From: an uncultured bacterium | GTDB lineage: Bacteria > DYJV01 | Direction of reading: 5' to 3' | Length of the DNA: 35,994 nt | NCBI GenBank assembly: GCA_964543655.1 | Contig: CAZIZE010000013.1 | Span: 1 to 35,994 of the forward strand | Shown: positions 19,104 to 28,574 of the stretch, piece after piece | Layout of the letters: the number at the start of each line of letters is the position of its first letter | How positions within the stretch are numbered: the first letter of the stretch is position 1 | The notes under the pieces: generated by a model | What the model was told of the DNA's origin: nothing | What the model saw: only the letters and a program-made list of their open reading frames with translations | The model's database searches: none | Position numbers and translations under genes: made by a program

Positions 19104-19132
19104 ATAATAACTAATTTTTTACTTTTTGTCAA
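19104..19132 (-). promoter_or_regulatory. Sigma70-type promoter of the tungstate transport operon
   Basis: Minus strand TTGACA (19132-19127), 17 nt spacer, TATTAT (19109-19104), about 50 nt upstream of the ATG, which has a GGAGGA SD. Confidence 0.7.
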
Positions 19133-19209
19133 ATTATTTCTTTATTTTTAGAGTAATATTAAAAACCCGTAGCTAAATTTGAAATTTTATGTTATTATTA
19201 ATAAAAAAT

Positions 19210-19360
19210 AAGACCTTTGCACAGAGTCGTTAATAATTTGCTAAAATTTTTATTTAATATTATAAGTTATGGATTCTTCAGCCCGTGAATAGCACATAAG
19301 TGAAGAATCCATGATAACCATCTGCTTTACTTTTATAATTTTTAATTGTGCAAAACTCTT
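19210..19360. mobile_element. MITE-like element, copy 2 (shorter, degenerate right end)
   Basis: Left end AAGACCTTTGCACA (19210-19223) is identical to copy 1; right end TGTGCAAAACTCTT (19347-19360) has 2 mismatches. It shares internal blocks TGCTAAA.TTTTTATTT and ATAA.TTATGGATTCTTCAG, and has a 12-bp stem ATGGATTCTTCA/TGAAGAATCCAT (19269-19280/19301-19312). Confidence 0.75.
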
Positions 19361-19375
19361 AAAGTGGTTAGGTGT

Positions 19376-20371
19376 ATGTTTATACTTGGAATAGAATCTT
19401 CATGTGATGAGACAGCTATTGCAATTATAGATGAAAATAAAAATATCTACGCTAATCTTCTATACTCTCAAATAAAAGAACATAAGAATTTTGGCGGAGT
19501 TGTCCCAGAAATAGCTTCAAGAAAGCATATAGAAAAAATTGATAGAATATTTTTTGAAGCCTTTAAAAAAGCAGAGATTTCACCTAATGATATTGATATT
19601 ATATCAGTGACACAGGGTCCTGGCCTTGTTGGTTCCCTTCTTATTGGGTTAAATTTTGCAAAAGCTATTGCTTATTTTTTAAAAAAACCTTTATATCCAG
19701 TACACCATATAGAAGGTCATATTTTATCTGTACTCTTTGAAAATAGTGTGGAATTTCCTTTTATATCTCTTGTTGCTTCTGGAGGACATACCTCTATTTT
19801 TTTAGTAGAAAAAGTTGGCAAATACAAACTTCTTGGTAAAACCCTTGATGATGCTGCTGGAGAAGCTTTTGATAAAGTTGCCAAAATGTTACATCTTGGC
19901 TATCCAGGTGGTCCCATTGTAGAAAGGCTTGCAAAAAAAGGTAGAAATTGCATAAACTTTCCAAAAGCCTTTATTGAAAAAAAGAACTTAAATTTTAGTT
20001 TTTCTGGATTAAAAACAGCAGTGTTAAACTATATAAAAAAGGAACATAGTTTCTCAACAGAGGATATTTGTTGCTCCTTTCAAAACAATATTGCAGACAC
20101 ATTTATCTACAAATTAAATGAAGCTACTCAAATGCACAATGTAAAAAGTATAGCATTTGGTGGTGGGGTTGCATGTAATTCATTTATTAAAGAAAAAATT
20201 AGAGAATTTGCTAAAAATAAGGGGTTAAATTTTTACACAGCCTCACCTATTCTCTGCTCTGATAATGGTGCAATGATAGCTCTTGCCGGGTATTACAAGC
20301 ATTTATCAGCAAAATGTAAATTCCCATTTGATTTTTCGCTAAATGCTACACCAAGGATGCAACTTTGTTAA
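19376..20371 (+). CDS. tsaD: tRNA N6-adenosine threonylcarbamoyltransferase TsaD
   Basis: ILGIESSCDET, GGVVPEIASRKH, GPGLVGSL, HHIEGH, SGGHT, DDAAGEAFDK, FSFSGLKT, DNGAMIA; start moved to ATG 19376. Confidence 0.97.
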   Translation: MFILGIESSCDETAIAIIDENKNIYANLLYSQIKEHKNFGGVVPEIASRKHIEKIDRIFFEAFKKAEISPNDIDIISVTQGPGLVGSLLIGLNFAKAIAYFLKKPLYPVHHIEGHILSVLFENSVEFPFISLVASGGHTSIFLVEKVGKYKLLGKTLDDAAGEAFDKVAKMLHLGYPGGPIVERLAKKGRNCINFPKAFIEKKNLNFSFSGLKTAVLNYIKKEHSFSTEDICCSFQNNIADTFIYKLNEATQMHNVKSIAFGGGVACNSFIKEKIREFAKNKGLNFYTASPILCSDNGAMIALAGYYKHLSAKCKFPFDFSLNATPRMQLC

Positions 20372-20832
20372 GAAAATCTATTAATAAAGTTAAATCTTAC
20401 TATTATCAACTTATTCTTGCAAGAGAAAATCCAAAAAGAATTGCCAAAGGCATTGCAATTGGTGTGCTAATAGCTTTTTCACCTTTACTTGGCATTCATA
20501 CAATTCTCTGCATTGCCCTTGCCCTTATTTTTAGAGCAAGTAAATCTGCTGCTATTTTAGGGAGTTTTTTGTGTAATCCTATAACTTTTCCCTTTATACT
20601 TTTTATTGATTATGAGGTTGGAATCTTAATCTGCAAAATTTTTAAAATGAACTACACACATTACATAATTAGTGATTTTAAAAATTTCCATATATTAGAG
20701 CAGGGATTAGAGTTACTTGTTCCAATGTTAATTGGTTCTGTTATTGTTGGGATTATAGCAGCAATTCCAAGTTATATTTTCTCTAAATATTATTTTACAA
20801 AGATATTCAATGGACAGAAAGATAATTCCTAA
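20365..20832 (+). CDS. DUF2062-family membrane protein
   Basis: P.RIAKGIAIGV.IAFSPLLGIHT...NPITFP pattern with hydrophobic helices. Confidence 0.8.
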   Translation: MLRKSINKVKSYYYQLILARENPKRIAKGIAIGVLIAFSPLLGIHTILCIALALIFRASKSAAILGSFLCNPITFPFILFIDYEVGILICKIFKMNYTHYIISDFKNFHILEQGLELLVPMLIGSVIVGIIAAIPSYIFSKYYFTKIFNGQKDNS

Positions 20833-21607
20833 AAAAAGCCTTGGCCAAAATTTTTTAACAGACAGTAATATAATCAGAAAGATAGTAAAATTAATTGAAA
20901 ATACTGATTTTGATACATTAGTGGAAATAGGACCGGGTAGAGGTGCTTTAACCCAGCATCTTGTAAATTTAAATAAAAGATTAATTTTAGTGGAAATAGA
21001 TAGCAATCTTGCAATGCTTTTAAAAGAAACTTTTTCACAAATAGAGATTTTAAACATTGACTTTCTGAAGTGGCAACCTGATTCATCAATAAAAAATGTA
21101 GCTATAATAGGCAATTTGCCATATAATATTTCTACTCAGATTATTTTCAATGTCCTTTCAAATTATACTATTTATAAAAAAGCTATTTTTATGCTTCAGA
21201 AAGAAGTTGCAGAAAGAGTTGTGGCTAACAATAGCAGTAAAAATTACTCAATACTCTCTGTAATTTCACAAACATTTTCAACTCCTAAAATTAATTTTCA
21301 TATTTCACCAAACTGTTTTTATCCAAAGCCTAAAGTTACTTCAAGTTTAGTTTCTTTTGAGATAAGTAATAAGTACAATATAGAAAATTTTGAAAAATTT
21401 TTTCTATTTATTAAAGCCTTTTTTTATGGTAAAAGGAAAAAACTCATTAATGTATTAAAGAAAAATCCTTTTATAAATTTTTCTGAAAATTTTTTAAATT
21501 TTTTTAATAAAAATTTTGATACATTTTTCAGGATTAATGATATAACAATCAGCCAATTGATTAATTTATACAAATTTTACACTGAGGATATAGATGAAAT
21601 TTCTTAA
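20810..21607 (+). CDS. rsmA: 16S rRNA adenine dimethyltransferase RsmA/KsgA
   Basis: PKKSLGQNFL, EIGPGRGALT, VEID, GNLPYNIST, MLQKEVAER, FYPKPKVTS. Confidence 0.96.
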   Translation: MDRKIIPKKSLGQNFLTDSNIIRKIVKLIENTDFDTLVEIGPGRGALTQHLVNLNKRLILVEIDSNLAMLLKETFSQIEILNIDFLKWQPDSSIKNVAIIGNLPYNISTQIIFNVLSNYTIYKKAIFMLQKEVAERVVANNSSKNYSILSVISQTFSTPKINFHISPNCFYPKPKVTSSLVSFEISNKYNIENFEKFFLFIKAFFYGKRKKLINVLKKNPFINFSENFLNFFNKNFDTFFRINDITISQLINLYKFYTEDIDEIS

Positions 21608-23948
21608 AATTTTAATTTATACATTTATTGTTTTTATTATATGTGGTTTTTTAACAGTTGCAGGTGTAATATATCATTTTAATAGAAATTTACCTGATAT
21701 ACAATCATTAAAAAATTATAACCCACCTGTTGTTACAAAAGTTTTTTCTAATAATGGTCAGATAATTGGAGAATTTTACAAAGAGAAAAGAATTTATGTT
21801 CCTATTTCAAAAATCCCTGACATTGTTAAAAATGCATTCATTGCAGCGGAAGATGAAAATTTTTACCATCATAAAGGTCTTGATATTTTAAGTATTATCA
21901 GGGCATTAATTAAAGATATTAAAGCACGTAAAATTGTTCAGGGTGGCAGCACCATTACCCAGCAGGTAGTAAAATCTTTTCTTCTTACACCAAGAAAAAC
22001 TTTTACCAGAAAGATAAAAGAGATAATTCTTGCATACAAAATAGAAAACTTTCTTTCAAAAGATGATATATTAAACCTTTATTTAAACCAAATTTACCTT
22101 GGATATAACTCTTATGGAGTTGCTGCTGCTGCTGAAAATTATTTTGGAAAAACACTTGACGAGCTAACCCTTGCAGAAGCTGCAATGCTTGCAGGTCTGC
22201 CAAAGGCACCAAGTTTATACTCTCCTGCAAATAATTTTATGAAAGCAAAGGAGAGACAGCTTTATGTTTTAAAACAGATGGTAAAAAATAAAATGATTAC
22301 TCAGGAAGAGGCAATTAAAGCTTTTAAAGAAAAAATTACCATTAAGAAAAGAGTTAACTACAATTTGACTGTTGCCCCATATTTTCTTGATTATATTCGA
22401 GATTATATGATTAAAAAATATGGTGAAGATGCACTCTATACAGCAGGATACAAAATATACACATCTGTTGACCTCAAGTTACAAGATTTTGCAAGAAAAG
22501 CTTTAAAAGATGGATTAGAGCAGTATGAGCACAGGAGAGGTTTTTCTGGCCCAATTGAGCATATATCAAAACTGGCAATTAGTAGCTATGTTGAAAAATT
22601 AGCTAAAGTAAATAAATTTCCATTAAATAACAATTCAGTGTATAAAGCTATTGTTACCTATATTGATAAAAAGAATAATTATGCTATTATAAAACTTGGA
22701 AAATTAACAGGTTATTTAAGCTATAAAGACAATAGGTGGATTTCATATAAGAGAATTTCTGTTAAAAGAAAAAAGTTTATCTCTAAAAATATAAGTAAAA
22801 TTTTAAAAATTGGTGATGTAATATATGTGAAGTTACGTAAAAAAATTAGCAAAACCTATTTTTTTAACCTTTTTGAGCCTGTAAAAGTCAATGGTGCTAT
22901 AATGTCAGTTGAACCTAAAACAGGTCTTGTTAAAGCAATGGTTGGAGGATACAGTTACAGCAAAAACCAGTTTAACAGGGCATATCAAGCAAAAAGGCTC
23001 ACTGGCTCTGGATTTAAACCAATAATTTATGCAGCAGCTTTTGCAAAAGGTTTTACACCAGCTACTGTTATTCTTGATACACCTGAAATTTTTTATCTAC
23101 CAGAGCAGAAAAGATATTGGAAACCTGAAAACTATGAAAGAAAATTTTATGGACCAACAACTCTTAGAGATGCTCTTGTCCATTCAAGAAATGTTGTTAC
23201 TGTTAAATTATTAAAGAAAATTGGAATTGATTATGCAATTAAATTTGCAAGGAAATTAAAAATAACATCACCACTTAATCACGACTTGTCAATGGCTCTT
23301 GGTTCTTCTGCACTTACTCTGCTTGAACTTGTAAGAGCATACGCTATTTTTGCAAATCAAGGTAAAGATGTAAATCTCATCTTTATAAAAAAAATTGTTG
23401 ATAGACATGGAAAAACTATTGAAAATAATTTCAATTTTGATACTTTAGATTTTAAACTTGGCCTTATTAAAGAGCATAATGCTATTTCCCCTCAGGTTGC
23501 GTACCTTATAACCTCAGTTTTAGAGGATGTAGTTAAAAGAGGCACAGGTAGAAGAGTAAGAGCATTAAATAGACCATGTGCAGGTAAAACTGGGACAACC
23601 AATGATTATAGAGATGCATGGTTTTTTGGGTATACTCCAGACCTTGTTACAGGGGTTTATGTTGGATACGACAAAGTGCAAACACTTGGCCCAAAAGAGA
23701 CTGGCTCAAGAGCAGCATCTCCCATATGGTTAGAATTTATGAAAAGAGCCCTTGCCAATATTCCACCAAAAATGTTTCAAATACCAGCAGGGATTATTTT
23801 TAGAAAAATTGATATTAGAAATGGACTTCTTGCAACTTATAAAACACCTTCAAAATTTGTGAGAATGGAATGTTTTATAAAAGGCACAGAGCCCAAAAAA
23901 TTTTCAACATTAACAACAGAAGATTTTATAAAAAATGAACTTAATTAA
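21594..23948 (+). CDS. mrcA: Penicillin-binding protein 1A (class A; glycosyltransferase, OB domain, transpeptidase)
   Basis: N-terminal TM; AAEDENFY.H.G, QGGSTITQQ, RKIKE, YLNQIYLG; SxxK (SGFK), SRN and KTGT. Confidence 0.95.
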   Translation: MKFLKILIYTFIVFIICGFLTVAGVIYHFNRNLPDIQSLKNYNPPVVTKVFSNNGQIIGEFYKEKRIYVPISKIPDIVKNAFIAAEDENFYHHKGLDILSIIRALIKDIKARKIVQGGSTITQQVVKSFLLTPRKTFTRKIKEIILAYKIENFLSKDDILNLYLNQIYLGYNSYGVAAAAENYFGKTLDELTLAEAAMLAGLPKAPSLYSPANNFMKAKERQLYVLKQMVKNKMITQEEAIKAFKEKITIKKRVNYNLTVAPYFLDYIRDYMIKKYGEDALYTAGYKIYTSVDLKLQDFARKALKDGLEQYEHRRGFSGPIEHISKLAISSYVEKLAKVNKFPLNNNSVYKAIVTYIDKKNNYAIIKLGKLTGYLSYKDNRWISYKRISVKRKKFISKNISKILKIGDVIYVKLRKKISKTYFFNLFEPVKVNGAIMSVEPKTGLVKAMVGGYSYSKNQFNRAYQAKRLTGSGFKPIIYAAAFAKGFTPATVILDTPEIFYLPEQKRYWKPENYERKFYGPTTLRDALVHSRNVVTVKLLKKIGIDYAIKFARKLKITSPLNHDLSMALGSSALTLLELVRAYAIFANQGKDVNLIFIKKIVDRHGKTIENNFNFDTLDFKLGLIKEHNAISPQVAYLITSVLEDVVKRGTGRRVRALNRPCAGKTGTTNDYRDAWFFGYTPDLVTGVYVGYDKVQTLGPKETGSRAASPIWLEFMKRALANIPPKMFQIPAGIIFRKIDIRNGLLATYKTPSKFVRMECFIKGTEPKKFSTLTTEDFIKNELN

Positions 23949-24897
23949 ACTAACTGGTATAGATTTAAAACGTCTTTTAAAAAATGAAATAAAAGTTTTA
24001 AAAGATACAAAATTAAACATTAAACCTGGTGAAATTATAGAAGGTGAAGTTTTAAAGCAGGATGAAAAATTTTTATTGGTAAATTTAGGTAAAAAAGGTA
24101 TTATTAGGGCTTTCTCAAATTTAAACTTTAACATAGAAAATAAAAAATTGCTTTTCAAAGTTATAAAAACTTCCCCTTCTGTTGTGCTTAAAATCCTTGA
24201 TAAAAAATATCAATTAACACAAGATTTAAAATCTTTTGATTTGAAAAATGTAATTAAAACTTTTCCCAACATAGAAGAAAACCTTAATTTTAATAACAAA
24301 GACCTGCAAAATGTAGAAAAAATAATTAATAAACTTAAAGAATTACCTCAAAAATTAGGACTAACTTTTGAAAAGGAGATTGTTGAGAATAAAAAAATTT
24401 CATTTGACAATCTTAAAGCAAATTTAATTGAAACATTAAAATCAACCCCTGAACACCATGAAATAAAGCAAGCTCTCCAATACATTGAAAATATCCAGAA
24501 ATTAAATAATGACTTTTTCTTTTTTTTTCCTATATTCTTTAAATCTCAGGATTTAAAAAAAGGAGCTCTTTTTTATAATAACCTCCAAAATAAAAATGAA
24601 CCTGAAAAACAGAGTTTTAACATTGTAATGCTACTTGAACTTAGTGATAACAGAGTATTGCAGATAGATATTCTAATTTTGGGAAAAAATGTTTCTCTCT
24701 CATTTATATGTAATAATAAAAATTTTCTCAATATGCTTAGTGAACAGTTTGAAAATTTAAGTATCAATCTAAAAAATAGCAATTTCAAAATAATTTCAAC
24801 AAGTTTTAAAATGATTGATAAACTCGATTTTGATAAAAGTTTTAGTAATTTTATAAAAATTGATAAAAATGAAAATATTGTTGATATTAAAACTTGA
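23935..24897 (+). CDS. Hypothetical protein, possibly FliK-like (flagellar hook-length control C-terminal domain)
   Basis: N-terminal PGEIIEGEVL..FKVIKTSPSVVLK, central LGLTFEK..DNLKANL, and a C-terminal beta-rich segment followed by a helix (LSEQFENLSINL) ending VDIKT, like short FliK-like proteins. Pattern recognition only. Confidence 0.45.
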   Translation: MNLIKLTGIDLKRLLKNEIKVLKDTKLNIKPGEIIEGEVLKQDEKFLLVNLGKKGIIRAFSNLNFNIENKKLLFKVIKTSPSVVLKILDKKYQLTQDLKSFDLKNVIKTFPNIEENLNFNNKDLQNVEKIINKLKELPQKLGLTFEKEIVENKKISFDNLKANLIETLKSTPEHHEIKQALQYIENIQKLNNDFFFFFPIFFKSQDLKKGALFYNNLQNKNEPEKQSFNIVMLLELSDNRVLQIDILILGKNVSLSFICNNKNFLNMLSEQFENLSINLKNSNFKIISTSFKMIDKLDFDKSFSNFIKIDKNENIVDIKT

Positions 24898-24945
24898 TTT
24901 TTTTATAATGATTAGTGTATTAAGTCTATCAGGAGAAAAAATCCA

Positions 24946-25707
24946 ATGATTGTACAGTGCAAAAATTGTAAAACGAAATTTAGAATAGCAGATAACCTTA
25001 TTCCTGAATCAGGTAGAAAGGTTAAATGCTCCAAATGTGGTAATATCTTTACAATTTACAAGCCTGCAGATGTGCCAAAAGTTGAAGAGGAAGAGGAAGT
25101 TTTTCATCTCAGTGATGATAAAGAAGCTCCTTCAGAAAAAAGTGAGAAAAAAGAGGACGACCTTGATATTGATGAAAAAGAATTAGAAGAGATTGCCAAA
25201 AAATATTCAAAACCAACAAAATCCAAAAAACTCAAGAAGAAAAGAGGATCAAGATTCTCATTTATAATTACCATGGCAATGTTAATAATTGCCATATTTT
25301 TAGCAAGTGTTTTTATCTTTGTTAAAACAAAAAATAGAGTACCACCATTTAAATTTCAAAATCTTGAAGCTCAATATTATGAAAACAGTAAATATAAAAC
25401 TGTGCTTGTTGTTAAAGGTTTTATTATTAATAATAGAGAAACTCCATACTCCAAAATTAAATTGAAAACTATAATTTACAACAATAGAGGAGAAAAACTT
25501 GCAGAAGCAATAACATATCCAGGTAATACCTTTGATAAAAATGAGATTCTTAATTTAACACCTGAGTATGTTAAAAAATTTATTTTTAATAATATTGTAC
25601 TAAAACCAGGGAAAAAACTTCCATTTATGGCTTTTTTCTTTAATTTGCCCAGATCTGCATACTCTTTTCAGGTTATAATAGAGGATTATGAAAAAGTTAA
25701 AAAATAA
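24946..25707 (+). CDS. Zinc-ribbon (MJ0042-type) / DUF3426-like membrane protein
   Basis: MIVQCKNCKTKFRI...GRKVKCSKCGNIF, acidic linker, single TM, C-terminal domain with V.G.I.N and LKPG..LPFM.FF. Confidence 0.8.
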   Translation: MIVQCKNCKTKFRIADNLIPESGRKVKCSKCGNIFTIYKPADVPKVEEEEEVFHLSDDKEAPSEKSEKKEDDLDIDEKELEEIAKKYSKPTKSKKLKKKRGSRFSFIITMAMLIIAIFLASVFIFVKTKNRVPPFKFQNLEAQYYENSKYKTVLVVKGFIINNRETPYSKIKLKTIIYNNRGEKLAEAITYPGNTFDKNEILNLTPEYVKKFIFNNIVLKPGKKLPFMAFFFNLPRSAYSFQVIIEDYEKVKK

Positions 25708-27427
25708 ACTCATTGTTTTAAGTTTGCTAATTTTATTTGTATCGTGTGCATCTACAGCCAAAAGCTTTAAAAATAATGCTCCACTTCTAAAAGATAAAAA
25801 CATTCTGCATATAAAAATTATTCCTCATAAAACTGTTTCAGAAAAACTTATCTACTATTATGCTCTTGCAATGTTTGATATTTACAATAAAAATTTTCAG
25901 GATGCTGAAAATTATCTTTTAAAAGCACTTCAACTTGATGAAAACTCCTATTTTTTAAATTATAAACTTGCAACTTTCTACCTGCACTTTGGTAAAATTG
26001 ATAAAGCAGTTCATTTTTGCGAAAAAGCACTTTTAATAAAGCCTGATTACGAAAAAGCTCATGAGCTACTTGCATCAATTTATGCTGCTACCAATAATAT
26101 TAAAGGTGCAATTAATGAATATAAAACATTACTAAAATATAAGCCAGAAAATCCAATTTTTCTCCTGAATTATGGCCTATTTTTATTAAAAGCTGATGAA
26201 TTTGAGGATGCTAAATCAGCTTTTAAAAAAATTATAAAATCTAAAAATCCCAAGTATAAAATAATGGGATTCTACTATCTTGGAAAGGTTTACGCCAAAA
26301 TCTCATTATACAATGATGCTATTAAATATTTCCAAAAAGCAATTAAGCTTAAGCCAGATTTTACTCGTGCATATTATGACATTGCACTTGTTTATGAATT
26401 AAAGGGAAATGATAAAAAAGCGTATAAATATTATTTAAAAATTTTAAAAATAGACCCAGAAAATATTCTTGCAAGGGAAAAAGTTGTTAGATACCTTGTG
26501 AAAAACAATAATTTAAAAGGTGCTCTTAAACATTTAAAAAAATTAAAAGAACTTGAAGGTGACAACATAAATGTTAATATAAAACTTGCGCTAATATATA
26601 TGGAGATTAAAGAGTACAGGCATGCAATAGATATTCTTAGCCAGTTTAAAGAGTATCCCAAAGCTCAATATTATCTATGTAGTTGCTATTTAAAAATAGG
26701 TAAACCTGAAAATGCTGTTAAAATTTTTAAAAATATTGATCCTGTTTCAAATTACTACATTGAAAGTGGTATTTTAATAGTAAATTATTTTATTGATGAA
26801 AAGAAATTTAAAAAAGCTCTTGATGTTTACCTTGAGCTGCTTCATAACTTAAAAACAAGGAACTTAAAAATTTACAAATTTGGTCTTTATCTATTTGACA
26901 AAGCCAAAGATTATAAAAGAGCAGTAAAGTTCATTCAAGAAGCAATTAAAGATTATCCCAATATTAGTGAATTTTACTTTTATCAGGGATTATTTTATGA
27001 TAAGTTACATCAACTGGATAATGTAATAAAATCTATGAAAAAAGCAATTGAGGTTAATCCCAAAAATGCTGATGCATTAAATTATTTGGGTTATACATAT
27101 GCTGTTAGAAATATACATTTGAAAGAAGCTGAGAAACTTGTTAAAAGAGCTCTTAAAATACATCCTGATTCAGCTTCAATAGTGGATAGCCTTGGCTGGA
27201 TTTATTATAAACAGGGGAAATTATCACTTGCTTTAAAAATTTTGAAAAAAGCTTACAAATTAAACAAAGGACGGGAAGCTGAAATAATCTATCATTTTGG
27301 AATGGTTAATTTGAAAATAGGCAACAAAGCTCTTGCAAAAAAATATTTAAAAGAATCATTAAAAATAGCAAAAAAACCAAAAATTATAGAAAAAATTAAA
27401 AAAGCATTGGAGGAAATTAATGAGTAA
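25688..27427 (+). CDS. TPR-repeat lipoprotein
   Basis: Lipobox FVSC; many TPR units; NADALNYLGYTYA and IVDSLGWIYYKQG signature. Confidence 0.88.
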   Translation: MKKLKNKLIVLSLLILFVSCASTAKSFKNNAPLLKDKNILHIKIIPHKTVSEKLIYYYALAMFDIYNKNFQDAENYLLKALQLDENSYFLNYKLATFYLHFGKIDKAVHFCEKALLIKPDYEKAHELLASIYAATNNIKGAINEYKTLLKYKPENPIFLLNYGLFLLKADEFEDAKSAFKKIIKSKNPKYKIMGFYYLGKVYAKISLYNDAIKYFQKAIKLKPDFTRAYYDIALVYELKGNDKKAYKYYLKILKIDPENILAREKVVRYLVKNNNLKGALKHLKKLKELEGDNINVNIKLALIYMEIKEYRHAIDILSQFKEYPKAQYYLCSCYLKIGKPENAVKIFKNIDPVSNYYIESGILIVNYFIDEKKFKKALDVYLELLHNLKTRNLKIYKFGLYLFDKAKDYKRAVKFIQEAIKDYPNISEFYFYQGLFYDKLHQLDNVIKSMKKAIEVNPKNADALNYLGYTYAVRNIHLKEAEKLVKRALKIHPDSASIVDSLGWIYYKQGKLSLALKILKKAYKLNKGREAEIIYHFGMVNLKIGNKALAKKYLKESLKIAKKPKIIEKIKKALEEINE

Positions 27428-27926
27428 AAAATTAATAGGCATTTACATAATTGTTATCAGCCTTTTGTTAACTGGATTATTCTCCTGTAGTAGCAAGCAG
27501 GAAACCTCGGACACAGGAAAAAATGCAGAGCAAAAAATTGTTTTAAAAAATTTTTCAATGGAAGATTTAAAAAATCTATTAAAAAATGACAAGAAACCTG
27601 TAATTTTAATAAATTTTTGGGCAACCTGGTGTGGTGAATGTAGAAAAGAGATGCCAAATTTAATAGAGTTTTACGACAAATATAAAGATAAAGTCACTTT
27701 AATAGGATTATCTGTTGATAATTCTAAAGAGGCTGTAAAAAATTTTATGGAATTGGCTCATGTAAATTTTCCTGTTTATATGTCTGATAAAAAGTTAGCT
27801 CAGCATTTAATGGTCAACGCCATACCTGTTACTTTTCTTTTTAAAAATGGAAAATATGTAAAATACCATATAGGCTCATACTCATACTCACAATTAACAT
27901 CTGACGTAGACTCTCTTTTACAGTAG
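27420..27926 (+). CDS. TlpA-family thiol:disulfide oxidoreductase lipoprotein
   Basis: Lipobox LFSC; LINFWATWCGECRKEMP; cis-Pro motif AIPVT. Confidence 0.9.
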   Translation: MSKKLIGIYIIVISLLLTGLFSCSSKQETSDTGKNAEQKIVLKNFSMEDLKNLLKNDKKPVILINFWATWCGECRKEMPNLIEFYDKYKDKVTLIGLSVDNSKEAVKNFMELAHVNFPVYMSDKKLAQHLMVNAIPVTFLFKNGKYVKYHIGSYSYSQLTSDVDSLLQ

Positions 27927-27932
27927 AAAGTT

Positions 27933-28562
27933 ATGATACATCAATACCTTGTTGAAATTTCTTTATTATTGGTGCCTGTTCTATTGGCTGTTACTTTCCA
28001 TGAGGTTGCTCATGGATATGTAGCTTACCTATGTGGTGATATGACAGCAAAATATGCAGGTAGGCTCACATTAAATCCTATTAAGCATCTTGACCTTGTA
28101 GGAAGTATTGTTTTTATTCTAACAAGAATGATTGGCTGGGCAAAACCTGTGCCAATAAATCCTGCAAATTTCCGTAATCCAAATAGAGATATTATGCTCG
28201 TGGCAATAGCTGGACCAGCCACAAATATAGCCCTTGCTGTTATTTCTGCTATTATTTTAAAGATAATTACTAATATTCCTGTGTCTTCACCATTTGTTTT
28301 TAATAAAATTCTTGTGCCAATTGTATTGATTATTAAAATCAGTGTTCAGATTAATATTGCTTTTGCTTTTTTTAATCTAATCCCAATCCCACCTCTTGAT
28401 GGTAGTAAAATCTTAATGGGATTATTGCCATATAAACTCAGTTATCAATATTCAAAATTAGAGCCTTACGGCTTTATATTAATATTAATTCTTGTGTTTA
28501 CCAATGCCTTTCAATACACCCTCTGGCCTATAGTAAACTTTTTTCTTAAAATATTAATGTAA
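27933..28562 (+). CDS. Site-2 protease (peptidase M50 family)
   Basis: HEVAHG, GRLTLNPIKHLD, GWAKPVP, AGPATN, FNLIPIPPLDGS. Confidence 0.93.
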   Translation: MIHQYLVEISLLLVPVLLAVTFHEVAHGYVAYLCGDMTAKYAGRLTLNPIKHLDLVGSIVFILTRMIGWAKPVPINPANFRNPNRDIMLVAIAGPATNIALAVISAIILKIITNIPVSSPFVFNKILVPIVLIIKISVQINIAFAFFNLIPIPPLDGSKILMGLLPYKLSYQYSKLEPYGFILILILVFTNAFQYTLWPIVNFFLKILM

Positions 28563-28574
28563 TCTGAGGTAAAA

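Noticed and set aside
13796-19360. CRISPR array or intact insertion sequence
   Set aside because: There are only two dispersed copies, no repeat-spacer periodicity, and no cas or transposase gene.
19346-19375. TTG start giving TsaD a 10-aa N-terminal extension
   Set aside because: It lies in the MITE terminal repeat; TsaD homology begins at ATG 19376 (MFILGIESSCDET).
28563-28574. Cobalamin riboswitch before cobQ
   Set aside because: The intergenic gap is only 12 nt, so there is no room for one.
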